The notes below the pieces were generated by a model. The model saw only the letters and a list, made by a program, of their open reading frames with translations. It ran no database searches and was not told where the DNA came from. Of a stretch of DNA of 64,000 nt, positions 1 through 9,408 are shown piece after piece. The position numbers and the translations under genes are program-made. Source of the DNA: a virus; the IMG/VR virus record IMGVR_UViG_3300020201_000015, positions 1-64,000 of that record; one strand, given 5' to 3'. Position 1 is the first letter of the stretch; every line of letters starts with the position of its first letter.

Positions 1-58
1 TTGCTAGACCATGACACGCGAGCGCGGGGCCCCGACCTCGCGTGTCATGGTCTAGCAA
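1..58. repeat. Perfect 22-bp inverted repeat at the window edge (14-nt loop)
   Basis: 1-22 TTGCTAGACCATGACACGCGAG is the exact reverse complement of 37-58. Confidence 0.9.
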
Positions 59-275
59 GACGCGAATCGCTCCGACGAAAGCTCGGTTCGGCATGATCGA
101 CGTCAGGCGAGGGGTCTCGCCAATCGGCGCAGCGCCAGCGAGTCGACCAGACGCGTCCAGCTGCGCGTACGGGTTCGGGTAGACGGTGAGTTTTCGCGTC
201 CGCATTGGATCGGTCTCCTGGCGAGCGCGCGAAAGGGCGCAACACGCGATGTCTTTGGCGGCTCGGCCGCGAACG

Positions 276-1382
276 TCAGAGTTTGGCGCGGGTAACGTTC
301 TCGCCGTCGATTGAGACGTCGAAGTCGAGTCCGGCCGGCGGCGTAGCCAATGGCCACGCGCGAGACAGTGGGTCGCGGCGGTACTGCTCCACCGCTTGGA
401 CGGTCGCGATCACGCCGAAGTACTTCGCGGTGCGCTCGGTATTGCCGCCAGCCGCAACGATATCGATGGACAGCGTGTGGGGTGACCATTCGGTGAGCCC
501 TACGCTCAGCAGGCCGGTGGCCTTCGAGAGCGATGACCCGCGGCCCGTCCTGGCCTGCACGCCAATGCGAATCGAGCCGGCCGTTGAGACCTGCGACGGG
601 ATGGCGATGCTGACGACGGATGCAGCCTCGAAGGCGCTCACGATCGTCTGGCCACCATTGACGCTGGTCAGCGCGATGGACTCAGCAACCTGGTTTCCGA
701 GCCAGTCGACGTAGGTGATGACGATGGCTGCGAGCGAGTAGGCGCCGGTTGCGGCGGACGTGGTGATGCTGATCCCGCGTCGTGGCGACATCGCGCCGAT
801 GCCGATTACGCCGTTGAGTGCGCCGCCGGTCAGCGTCACGGGCGCGGTAGCGGTGGCGCTGGCGGTAACGATCGCGTCGTCGTCGGCGACCAGCGTGGAC
901 GCCTTCGGGTCGGCGTCGCCAGGGTCGGACCAGGCGGGGTGCCGGTTGTCGCGGATGCGAGCACCGAGCGACTTCATCATCGCTTGCGCGAAAGGCTCGC
1001 GCTTGGCTTCCTTGCGCGGATCGTCTGGCGGCAGGACCCATAGCAGCGAGAAACTGGCCGTCTCGTGGCGGAAGTCGTCCGACGTCTGCTCTTGCCGTCC
1101 GCGCGTACGCCAGAGGAACAGGCTCGGGAGGTTGTCGCTGTCGAACTGGTACCGCTCAGGGTTGGCTACGTAGGCCTTCCGGACCACGTCGCTACCTTTG
1201 GTGTCACCAGAAGGACGGGGGCGCAGGGACGCCCATTCCGTGCCACAGTCGGCGCGCATGACGGCGGCGCAGAAGGAGAGCAGCTTGCTGGCCGTGGGGT
1301 CAGCTAGACCGAGTTCAGTCGTCTCAACCGAGGCCCCGGAGAGAGCGACGGGCAGGTCGACGCCGCCGAAGACGTCAGTCAT
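276..1382 (-). CDS. Virion neck/tail-completion-type protein with an inserted beta-rich domain
   Basis: Follows the gp10-like gene in the late operon; LPSLFLW segment and Thr/Ala-rich central insert; function inferred from synteny. Confidence 0.45.
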   Translation of the reverse strand: MTDVFGGVDLPVALSGASVETTELGLADPTASKLLSFCAAVMRADCGTEWASLRPRPSGDTKGSDVVRKAYVANPERYQFDSDNLPSLFLWRTRGRQEQTSDDFRHETASFSLLWVLPPDDPRKEAKREPFAQAMMKSLGARIRDNRHPAWSDPGDADPKASTLVADDDAIVTASATATAPVTLTGGALNGVIGIGAMSPRRGISITTSAATGAYSLAAIVITYVDWLGNQVAESIALTSVNGGQTIVSAFEAASVVSIAIPSQVSTAGSIRIGVQARTGRGSSLSKATGLLSVGLTEWSPHTLSIDIVAAGGNTERTAKYFGVIATVQAVEQYRRDPLSRAWPLATPPAGLDFDVSIDGENVTRAKL

Positions 1383-1837
1383 CGGGACATGCGGGCGGCC
1401 GATGCATTGGCAACGTTCTCGCCTGCGCGAACCAACGTGATCTCGGCTTCGAGCATGGCGCGCCGAAAGTAATCGTTGGGCTTGGTGCCGGGGTGCATCA
1501 CGCGCCGCGCGAAGCGCACGCCACTTGGTCCCACCCAGCGGAGCATCTTCTTGCGACGCGCCTCGATGGCGTGCGGCTTAGTGCCGTCCGCCATGAATGA
1601 GGCGTGATTCGCGATCGCTTCGAGTTCGCCCTCGGCGCCGGTGGAGCCAGCGGAAGTCACGCGGGCGTCGATGCTGTTGCGCAGATCGTACGACCGGTGC
1701 GGCGCCAGGACGCGGGCCGTTGTCTTGCCCTTGCGCCCAGCCTCGTCGACCGCGGCTTCGCAGCCACGAGCCAGATTGACAAGCTCCGCGTTTGCGGCAC
1801 GGCGAAACTCGGATGCGTCGATGCGGATGTCGATCAT
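1379..1837 (-). CDS. HK97 gp10-like neck/tail component
   Basis: AP..S.DLRNSI, GTKPH.I and HPGTKPN.YF motifs typical of this family. Confidence 0.75.
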   Translation of the reverse strand: MIDIRIDASEFRRAANAELVNLARGCEAAVDEAGRKGKTTARVLAPHRSYDLRNSIDARVTSAGSTGAEGELEAIANHASFMADGTKPHAIEARRKKMLRWVGPSGVRFARRVMHPGTKPNDYFRRAMLEAEITLVRAGENVANASAARMSR

Positions 1838-2295
1838 CAGAAGTCGCCCATGCCGCCGATGTAAAACTTGACCGGCGGGCACTGGATGCTTCCAGACCCT
1901 GAGGCGATCATGCCGCCGACGTTAGCGGCGTTCTCGGGCGGTCCGGATACGTCGAGCCGGACCTTGCCGGACCGAAGTCCAGCCAGTTCACCGTCGACGA
2001 CCTTGATGTATTCGGCCCAGTCGCATCGCGCGTGCGTAGGAGCAACACGCCAGACGCGGGCCTCTGCGTAGTCGAGCGACAGCCTGACAACTTGCGAGGG
2101 CTTCACGTCTCGCACAGAGTCGAGGTCGTAGATGCCGCGCAGGTAGCCCTCTACGTGCGCATCGCAGTCGACTTGCAGCCGCTCGATGGTGCCTGTGTCG
2201 GGCTCACCGTCGTTGTCGCGATCGAACGCGACGAGGATGGCGTCGATCCCCACCCGGGCTACGAGGTCGTCGTAGGTCCAGTAGGGAAGAGCCAT
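1837..2295 (-). CDS. Mu gp36-like (DUF1320) head-tail connector
   Basis: Y.T.DDL..R.G start, VEGYLRG.Y, L..LRSGK..L; located after the capsid gene. Confidence 0.75.
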   Translation of the reverse strand: MALPYWTYDDLVARVGIDAILVAFDRDNDGEPDTGTIERLQVDCDAHVEGYLRGIYDLDSVRDVKPSQVVRLSLDYAEARVWRVAPTHARCDWAEYIKVVDGELAGLRSGKVRLDVSGPPENAANVGGMIASGSGSIQCPPVKFYIGGMGDF

Positions 2296-2573
2296 CAGAC
2301 GCGCGTCACGGCGGGTCCGAGAAGAACGGCTTGCGCTTCCGTGATCGGGAGCGGCTCGCCCGTCAGGTACTCTTTACCGTCGTGGTTCACCGCGCCGTAA
2401 GACACGACGAACCGGGCAGCGCGCGGCGCTTCCTGGTTCGTCGCCATGGGCTTGGCAGGTTCGACTACGACCGCAGGATCTGCCTCTTCGGCGAGGTCTG
2501 CGGCGTCGTCGATTACTGCCGTGCTTGGACTGGTTGCGCCTCGATGGGCGTCATGTCGACCGCCGCGGCTCAT
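2295..2573 (-). CDS. Small virion-associated protein (Mu gp35-like position)
   Basis: V.HDGK.Y..GE.L motif; lies between capsid and gp36-like genes. Confidence 0.5.
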   Translation of the reverse strand: MSRGGRHDAHRGATSPSTAVIDDAADLAEEADPAVVVEPAKPMATNQEAPRAARFVVSYGAVNHDGKEYLTGEPLPITEAQAVLLGPAVTRV

Positions 2574-2575
2574 GC

Positions 2576-3619
2576 TCAGGAGATCGCAGCGGCGATGAGG
2601 TAGCCGGTGTCGTTCGCGACCACCTCGAGTCCCTCGTTGAATCCGACGCGCGCCTGGTAGCCGCCGCTCATGCCAAGCTCGGGCCGGAACCAGAGATCGG
2701 TCTTCGGATCGCCGGTCACGCGGAAGTCGTAGGCGAAAGAAGCAGCGCGAATGCCTGGCTTGCGAGCGACTCGAACGACGCCCATGTTCTTTCCCCAGAT
2801 GCGCGAGTAGGAGGGGGTCTGTCCTTCGTTCGCGGTCTGCCTGCGAGCCTTGCCAACGACAAGGCCCTTCCAGCCGAAGAACTTCGCGATCATGTCCTCG
2901 GTGGCGAGGCCCACTGACTGCCCGCCGTACTTGAAGAGATCGAGCACCGCGGGGTGCGATCGCAGGACGTTGTAGACCTCGATGCCGCACCATCCGTAGA
3001 TGTCGCTGGGCGCATTGCCCATCCAGAGCGACGTTCCAGCAGTGAGAATCGCGGCCACCGGGTCACCGCCAGTGGCAGAGTTCCACTGCGAGGATCCCGA
3101 CAACGTCACGACGTTTGCGGCGTCGTAGTTGCCACTCGTAGTGAGAAGCGTTGCCTTACGCATCTCCTTGTTGAGCATGAGGTTGTCAACGATGGACTCC
3201 GTCAGATCCATCATCTCATCGAGAGGAGCGTCCTGCTGACGCAGCGACTCACTGCCGATGAAGTTGGTGAGCGCGCGAGGCGTACACGAGTACGTGTCGG
3301 TGGTCCGGCTTTCACTCACTTCGTTGGGCGTTCCCTTCGATCCGATCCTGTCATCGTGAAAGGTCATCCGGTCGCCCTTGCCGTACTTGAAGTACGTGCC
3401 GGCGACCTTGGCCACGTCGACGATCGGAACGAGCACATCGCCGATGTACTCATCGTTTTTGTACTGCACCGAGACGTTCGACATGGTCGCGCTGGTGAAC
3501 AGCTGCCCGGGCGTCAGAAGGCGCGCCTCGACGAAGCGCTTCTGAACGCTCTCGACCTTGCGCCGATCCTCGGGGTTGGTCGACCGGATGAGAGCCTTGA
3601 GGTTCTGCGAGTAGCTCAT
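2576..3619 (-). CDS. Major capsid protein
   Basis: About 347 aa; downstream of protease and cement genes; W....DP and LRSHP motifs of lambda-E/Mu-like capsids. Confidence 0.85.
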   Translation of the reverse strand: MSYSQNLKALIRSTNPEDRRKVESVQKRFVEARLLTPGQLFTSATMSNVSVQYKNDEYIGDVLVPIVDVAKVAGTYFKYGKGDRMTFHDDRIGSKGTPNEVSESRTTDTYSCTPRALTNFIGSESLRQQDAPLDEMMDLTESIVDNLMLNKEMRKATLLTTSGNYDAANVVTLSGSSQWNSATGGDPVAAILTAGTSLWMGNAPSDIYGWCGIEVYNVLRSHPAVLDLFKYGGQSVGLATEDMIAKFFGWKGLVVGKARRQTANEGQTPSYSRIWGKNMGVVRVARKPGIRAASFAYDFRVTGDPKTDLWFRPELGMSGGYQARVGFNEGLEVVANDTGYLIAAAIS

Positions 3620-3725
3620 AGTGATCCTTCGGGACAAGCGTCCCCATCGCGCTCGGTTGACGAGCGACGTTGTCCAGAGTTGGAATGGGCGCGCGCCTGT
3701 CCGGCGCCGTCACCCGATGAGGTTG

Positions 3726-4136
3726 TTACGCGCTACCAGCCGCGAACGCGCCGACTGCGAGACCGACGAAATCGCCGACGACTCCGGACTGCGTGAAAAC
3801 GCCGCCGATGTATCGAACGGTCGAGCCTCCGCCGAGCGTCTGGTTGATGTAGCCGTCGGACGCGAGCACCGCGTACTCGCCGCGAGTTGCGCCGCCGGTG
3901 CCGACCCTGACGGGCACGATGGAGTGCGCCAGCATGAGCACCTGGACCGAGGCGCCAGCCACTGCGCTGTGGAGCGCAATGCCGATGCCCTTGTCGTTGG
4001 CGGATCCGGCGAGTTGCACCTGTTCGTCCGCGGCAGCGAACTTGACGGCGCGGCCCACGGTCGCCACCTGGCCAGCGGCCACGATGTACGTGTTGACGAT
4101 CGAGAACGGAGTGACTTGAAGCGCGGTGGTAGCCAT
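3726..4136 (-). CDS. Capsid decoration/cement protein (DUF2190-like)
   Basis: Small Gly/Ala/Val-rich beta protein (GIGIA, GGATRGE) between protease and capsid genes. Confidence 0.7.
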   Translation of the reverse strand: MATTALQVTPFSIVNTYIVAAGQVATVGRAVKFAAADEQVQLAGSANDKGIGIALHSAVAGASVQVLMLAHSIVPVRVGTGGATRGEYAVLASDGYINQTLGGGSTVRYIGGVFTQSGVVGDFVGLAVGAFAAGSA

Positions 4137-4139
4137 GGC

Positions 4140-5201
4140 TCAGACCCCCTTCATGGCGGCGGCCGCAAGCTCGTCGTCGGCAATGCCGACGGAGGCGCCG
4201 CGCGTCTCGGTGTTGGGCTCCGCGGGAATGGCAGGAACCATTTCCTGCATCACGGAGCGCTTGCTCATGAGCTTGTCGAAGAGACTTCGGTTGCTCTTCG
4301 CCAGCTCGATCTGTTCCTCGACCTCGGCCGGCGTGATCTTGACGCCGACGAGGGCGCGCACATCACGCTCGACGACGTCACCCTCGGCCTTGGAGGCTCG
4401 GGCGGTGATGGCGACGAGGTCCGCGCGGGCCTTGTCGAGCTCGCGCTCGATGGCAACCTTTGCGGCGCGCTCGGTATCGAGAAGCTTGCGCGACTCGATG
4501 AGGTCGGCCTCTTTGGCGCGGACCTCGGCTTCACGCGTCGCGACGTTGGTCTTGAGCGCGGCAATCTCGGTGATCTGGTCCGACATGGCGGTCCTTTCCT
4601 GCTCGCCGCGCTCGGCAGCGGGCTTTTCTTGCGGCGGAGAGTCCGTCGCAGTGGTCTTGTTCGGAAGCGGCAGCGCGCGCGCATCCATGGCCATCTGCCG
4701 CGTACGGGCGAGGCCTTCAGGGTTCGATGGCAGTGGCGTGATCGAGATCTCGCAGAGCACCTGACGGTCAAAGACCAGGTGCTCATCGCCACCTTCAGCG
4801 TCCTTTTCCCAGTGGTACTCGAGCGGCATGAAGCCGACGCTGACGCCACGAAGCGTCTTCTGGCGGATCGATTGCCAGACGTGCTCGGCCTTCGGGTTCG
4901 CCTCGATGGTGGCGATCCGAATCGTGGCGATGAGCTTGTCCTTCTCGACGCCGAAGGACACCGCGTGCCCGACTGGCAGCTCGTCGACTGAACGGTTGTG
5001 GCACCAAAGAACGACCGGGTTGCGCGTGAACCGCGACAGGTCCCAGCCGTCTTGCTTGATGACGGTACCGTGCGCGTCGAGCGCCTCGGTGGAGCAGATG
5101 AAGTCGACCTCGCGCGACTCCTCTCGGATGGCGCGGATCTCCATCGTGTGCGAGAGCATGCGGTCCTGGTTGGACGCGTCTCGCTGTTGCAGATCGCTCA
5201 C
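4140..5201 (-). CDS. HK97-family prohead protease with C-terminal coiled-coil scaffold
   Basis: NPVVLWCH, LRGVSVGF, EISITPLPSNP motifs followed by a helical tail. Confidence 0.9.
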   Translation of the reverse strand: MSDLQQRDASNQDRMLSHTMEIRAIREESREVDFICSTEALDAHGTVIKQDGWDLSRFTRNPVVLWCHNRSVDELPVGHAVSFGVEKDKLIATIRIATIEANPKAEHVWQSIRQKTLRGVSVGFMPLEYHWEKDAEGGDEHLVFDRQVLCEISITPLPSNPEGLARTRQMAMDARALPLPNKTTATDSPPQEKPAAERGEQERTAMSDQITEIAALKTNVATREAEVRAKEADLIESRKLLDTERAAKVAIERELDKARADLVAITARASKAEGDVVERDVRALVGVKITPAEVEEQIELAKSNRSLFDKLMSKRSVMQEMVPAIPAEPNTETRGASVGIADDELAAAAMKGV

Positions 5202-6586
5202 GCGGCCTCGTCTTCTGACTCGACCTCGTCGCTGTTAGCGTCGGTCGCGTCTTCGCCTTCAGGCGGGTCGTTCTTGGGGTGGGCTTCGATGTCGACTGTG
5301 TCGACCTCGTAGTTCCAGGAGCCGAGCAGTTCGTCGTCTTCGTCGGGCTCGGGGATGCCAAGCTCGTCGCGTGCCCACTCGGCAGGGATGCGCATGTGCA
5401 CGTCCTTGCTCGCAAGCTTCTCCATCGACTCCGCAAAGGCCTTCATGTCGGCTGAATCGCGAGTAACGAAGCGAAACTCGGGGACGGGCGCAGTAGGCCC
5501 AAAGTTCATCTCAATCAGCGGGCGGATGAGGTCGCGCGTGATGACGGACGCGACGCACTCGGCGTCGAAGTCCCGGATGTCCTTCTTGACGTTGTCGTGG
5601 ACGCTGCCAAGCGCCTGCGATCCGACCCTGCCCTGCTCGGTGGTGAGTGTCTGACCGACGACGGCCTTCGACATCTCGGCGCCCATTCGGTCGAACAGGT
5701 CGCTGTGACCGGGCTTCGAGCCGCCTGCTCCACCGCCGGGCCACATGAGCTTGAGCTCGACGTCCTTCGCATGCGTCCCGGAGCCAGACGCTACGAGGTT
5801 GCGACACAGGGCTTCAAGATGGTCGATGTCTTCCTTGTCGGCGTTCTTCTCGTAGACGCCGATGCGCCACGGCTTCCATGCCAACTCGGCGAGCTTCAGC
5901 CAGTCGGATATCGTCCAGTTGCGAAACAGCGCGGCCCACACGAGGATTCGGGCAAGACCCTCTCGGATCTGCACGTCGCCGGTGATGCGCGGCTGAGAAA
6001 CAAGAAACTTACGCGGGAAGTCCGCGCGAAAGTCGACGTCCTTGGATCCACTGGATTGGTCGCGCCAGATGAGGCGACCGTCCGACATACGAAACCCAAA
6101 GCGCCGCGCGGAGTGCCGGACGAACGAGCGCGGGACGATCTGCCCGCGGGCGTTCAGTTTCCAGTCGGTCTCGGCGACGGCGTAGCCGTAGTATGCGCCG
6201 CCAGCGAGATGCCCGAAAAGGTCGGCGAGACCAGGATGGCCGCGCAGGCACGACTCCACGAATCGGGTCTGACGCTGACCCTTGGGCTTCTTCTTCGTCG
6301 ACCCTTCGACGTGAAGCTCCCAAGGCAAGCTTGATAGGGCGCTCTCACGGGTGAAGAGCACCGACTGAAGGTGGCAGTCTTTCTGCCTGGACTCGTTGGC
6401 GAGGTCGACGAAGCGAGCGGTGTAGCCCGAGTCGGCCTCGCGGATGATCTCCGAAACCTGCTGCGGCGTGACGCTGCCGCCGATGCGCTGGAACTGCGCC
6501 CATACCGATTGGTCTGGGAGAACCGAGCCGCCTAGCTGTACTCCTTCGCCCGCCCGTTGGAAGAGCGAGCGGACCCAGGCGAACAT
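5198..6586 (-). CDS. Portal protein, Mu gp29-like (DUF935)
   Basis: D.HLQS....R, EMSKAVVGQTLTT, GSQALGSVH, LIRPLIEMNFG motifs. Confidence 0.9.
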   Translation of the reverse strand: MFAWVRSLFQRAGEGVQLGGSVLPDQSVWAQFQRIGGSVTPQQVSEIIREADSGYTARFVDLANESRQKDCHLQSVLFTRESALSSLPWELHVEGSTKKKPKGQRQTRFVESCLRGHPGLADLFGHLAGGAYYGYAVAETDWKLNARGQIVPRSFVRHSARRFGFRMSDGRLIWRDQSSGSKDVDFRADFPRKFLVSQPRITGDVQIREGLARILVWAALFRNWTISDWLKLAELAWKPWRIGVYEKNADKEDIDHLEALCRNLVASGSGTHAKDVELKLMWPGGGAGGSKPGHSDLFDRMGAEMSKAVVGQTLTTEQGRVGSQALGSVHDNVKKDIRDFDAECVASVITRDLIRPLIEMNFGPTAPVPEFRFVTRDSADMKAFAESMEKLASKDVHMRIPAEWARDELGIPEPDEDDELLGSWNYEVDTVDIEAHPKNDPPEGEDATDANSDEVESEDEAA

Positions 6587-7017
6587 CAGAACTGGAGGCC
6601 AGTCACGTAGATGATCTCGATGGTGCAACTGCCGGCGCTGCAGTCGACGAGGTTGCCGCTGGCCGAGATGAACGTTGCGTTCAGCGTGGTTTCGGCAGCG
6701 AACACCTTGTTGGGCGAGATCCCGAGCGGTCGCGTGCTGGACATGCCGTCGACGGCTGTCGACACGACAGCGTCGGCGACGAGAGCGTCATCGTCGCCCG
6801 TGGACCCGATGCTGACGCTGATGGGCCCGGTGATGCCAGCGAAGGCAGTGGACACCGCGATGTTGACCGCGAGGACTTGCGAGCCGGCCGGGATGGCGCC
6901 GATGGCTACGATCTCGGTCAGCGCAGCAGCCGTGAGAGCGGCTTCGCCGATCGTGACAGTCATCCGGCGGGGGCCGAACTTGCGGGCGGCGGTCTCGCCA
7001 TACGTGGGTACCGGCAT
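6586..7017 (-). CDS. Putative virion structural protein
   Basis: Beta-rich (IPAGSQV, SVSIG); at the head of the late operon. Confidence 0.5.
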   Translation of the reverse strand: MPVPTYGETAARKFGPRRMTVTIGEAALTAAALTEIVAIGAIPAGSQVLAVNIAVSTAFAGITGPISVSIGSTGDDDALVADAVVSTAVDGMSSTRPLGISPNKVFAAETTLNATFISASGNLVDCSAGSCTIEIIYVTGLQF

Positions 7018-7029
7018 GATTGAAGTCCT

Positions 7030-7287
7030 TCAGTAGAGGGCGAGGATCGCCGCAGTGGTGCCGGTGAGCCGGACGTGGGTGCAGGCGAACGGGAGCTCGA
7101 CGTGCGCAGCTACGCTCAGCAGCGACACCGTGGTGTCGCCGAGCGTGATGAAGCTGACGTTGCCGGCGGTCGTGGTCCAAAGCGCACGGCACGGCCCATC
7201 CACGAGCGGGGTCACGTCAGCCGGCGTGACCAGCGTCGCGTCGATGTACGACGCCGTCGGCGGGTGCGGTCCGAAGCCTTTGGACAT
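7030..7287 (-). CDS. Small virion protein (capsid spike-base-like)
   Basis: VTPAD...PCRALW...AG.V...LP....V..TGTTA pattern. Confidence 0.55.
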   Translation of the reverse strand: MSKGFGPHPPTASYIDATLVTPADVTPLVDGPCRALWTTTAGNVSFITLGDTTVSLLSVAAHVELPFACTHVRLTGTTAAILALY

Positions 7288-7380
7288 GGCGGGGCTCCTA
7301 AGTTGGTGGAGCCCGTCATCGCACGCATGGCGATGGTCACAGACCTAGCTTGGGCCCGCGCGCTCACACACGTATAGGTG

Positions 7381-7426
7381 TGGCGCCGTGGCGCCAACTG
7401 GCGCTATCTGGCGCCCAGTTGTCGCG
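7381..7426. promoter_or_regulatory. TGGCGCC-like tandem boxes upstream of the head operon
   Basis: Copies at 7381, 7389, 7399, 7409 and (degenerate) 7420 in the intergenic gap. Confidence 0.45.
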
Positions 7427-7430
7427 TTAC

Positions 7431-7691
7431 TTACGCAGCCTTGAACGAGCACATGACGCAGGCGCGCTCGGTCATCTCGCCGCAGTCGGGGCAGAGCGGG
7501 GCGGGTTGCTCATAGGCGATGGCGAGCGACGCGTAGAACCGCGGCCAGTTCTCCTTGATGTCGATCATCATGACCCGGCGGCCCTCGCACGTGATGGCCC
7601 TGTCGTGCAGGTATCGCTGGATCGTTCTGCGAGACATGTTGCCGAGCCGAGCCATCTCCTTGAGCCCCATCGTCGCCGGCAACGTTCTCAT
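7431..7691 (-). CDS. HTH DNA-binding protein with C-terminal Zn ribbon
   Basis: LKEMARLGNMSRRTIQRY helix-turn-helix; CPDC...CVMC. Confidence 0.65.
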   Translation of the reverse strand: MRTLPATMGLKEMARLGNMSRRTIQRYLHDRAITCEGRRVMMIDIKENWPRFYASLAIAYEQPAPLCPDCGEMTERACVMCSFKAA

Positions 7692-8269
7692 GCCTGCCCC
7701 CCTACGATTCGATCCATCATCCACCCGACATCGTGGCCGTGGCGCACCTCGAGGACGAACGCAGCCAACCTCTCGGACGTGCGATACCACCCGCCCCGGA
7801 CGTACTCGAGTGCGAAGTGTCGACGCATGCCGGCCTCCAGGTTCGGGATGACAGGCACCCCAGCGACAACGGTGATGGCGCGCGCCGAACAAGCTTGCGC
7901 TGCTGCCGGCGAGCCGATGACCACGAACTCCCCGCCGTCCTCCACCGACACCATCAGGTGCGGCGTTTCGGGCAATCGCCCAACCGGACCCAGCGCCGCA
8001 AGCTCGGCGCGCTGCGGCCCCGAGGCGGACCTGGCGAGCGCCATAGCTGCCACGTGCTCATCGATTACACGAAGCCTCACCACCGCCTCCGTGTGCCGCT
8101 TGCGGAGCACCATCATCCTCTCGCTTGCGTGGCCCATGCGCTTGGCGGCGCACTCCCCGTCGTGGAGTGCTCGGTGCAGCTGGGCCTCGCACCTGGCGAC
8201 GATGAGCGACTGCTCCGCGGTCTCAATGCGGAACCGCTCGACGACTTCCTCGGATGACGCCGCGCTCAC
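7688..8269 (-). CDS. Hypothetical coiled-coil protein
   Basis: Overlap-coupled with both neighbours. Confidence 0.5.
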   Translation of the reverse strand: MSAASSEEVVERFRIETAEQSLIVARCEAQLHRALHDGECAAKRMGHASERMMVLRKRHTEAVVRLRVIDEHVAAMALARSASGPQRAELAALGPVGRLPETPHLMVSVEDGGEFVVIGSPAAAQACSARAITVVAGVPVIPNLEAGMRRHFALEYVRGGWYRTSERLAAFVLEVRHGHDVGWMMDRIVGGQA

Positions 8270-9171
8270 GCTGCCCGTCCTCGGCGCTCGTCTGCGCGGC
8301 GGGATGGGTCGTGGTGCCCGCAACGGTCGCACCTGCGAGCGCTCAGCGGGTTGTGGGTGTTCGCCTGCCTACGCTCCCAACAGACGTGTTGGGTGAACGC
8401 TGCTAGCGCCCCGGACGTCATCGACGCAACCTCGTCGAACACCGCGGCCCTGGCGGTCTGGCTCAGTTGCTTGAGGTGGTCAGCAAGCAGCCCCTCGTCG
8501 TGGGCCCACCGCTCCGCGACGTCGACGACCTCGCGGCCCACTGCGGCGCTCGTGCGTCGGTGCGACAACGCGGCGTCGTGCGCCTTCGACGCGCGCGCCC
8601 TCTGCTTGTCGGTCTTCGATGGGTCTGCGAGGTCTACCTGGTGTCTCTTGTCGGCCTCGGCTTGGCCCGTAGCCGCGCCGTTGACGTAGCGCCTGGCCAT
8701 CTTCTGCACCTCGACGGTCCACGACGCAACAGCCGCCGGGGCGAGCAGCGCGAGTGCGGGGAAGCCGCCAGGTAGCGACACGCCTCGACCCTTGTTGTCG
8801 GTGCCGGAGTACGACAGCCGCAGGACTCGCCGAATGCGGTCAGCCTTGGCGGAATCCCCGAGTGCCGCGAGCCTGGCGATGATGCACTCCTCTCGACGCG
8901 CCGCCATGATCTGACTCTCCACCCGGTCTGTCGACGCGCTCACGTCCACGCCACGTGTCGAGGCAATGCCCAGCCGAGCGGCGTCGAGCTGGCTGCCCAT
9001 CGACGAACGCAGTCCGCCCACGTCGCCGCGGGCGCTGCTTCCGTCTGCGGACCCTCCGTAGAGCCACCGCAGATCGACCTCGGCCAAGCCCATGCGCCGA
9101 GCGGCGTGACGCGACTCGTGGTCTTCGCGGTCGCGCTCGCGGTCGTCGTCGGCCTTCTTGTTACTCGCCAT
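8266..9171 (-). CDS. Hypothetical protein, possible late-gene regulator
   Basis: Long ORF just upstream of the late operon; C-terminal HVC...CDRC. Confidence 0.45.
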   Translation of the reverse strand: MASNKKADDDRERDREDHESRHAARRMGLAEVDLRWLYGGSADGSSARGDVGGLRSSMGSQLDAARLGIASTRGVDVSASTDRVESQIMAARREECIIARLAALGDSAKADRIRRVLRLSYSGTDNKGRGVSLPGGFPALALLAPAAVASWTVEVQKMARRYVNGAATGQAEADKRHQVDLADPSKTDKQRARASKAHDAALSHRRTSAAVGREVVDVAERWAHDEGLLADHLKQLSQTARAAVFDEVASMTSGALAAFTQHVCWERRQANTHNPLSARRCDRCGHHDPSRRADERRGRAA

Positions 9172-9408
9172 CGGTCTCGTCTCCACTCACCGGCGGTGGT
9201 CTTCGCATGCTGTCCGCAGCAACCTGGACCGCACCGCCAGCCCATGTCGCGCGCGGCCGGTCCTGCACGCCTTCGACTGGCTCGACGCCCAACACTTCGC
9301 GCTCTGTCCTGGTGATGACGCGCGGCGCCCTGCCCGCCTCGTAGATGTCCACCTCGCCCACTACCACCTCCAGAGCAGGACCAGCCCGCTCAGCGCTACA
9401 TAGCAGAG

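Noticed and set aside
3621-4991. Long opposite-strand ORFs here and elsewhere (for example 38995-40191, 51386-52585)
   Set aside because: Shadow ORFs of well-supported genes in high-GC DNA, with no motifs
1837-6586. Transposable Mu-like phage
   Set aside because: Only head genes are Mu-like; no MuA/MuB is seen and replication is initiator plus DnaB
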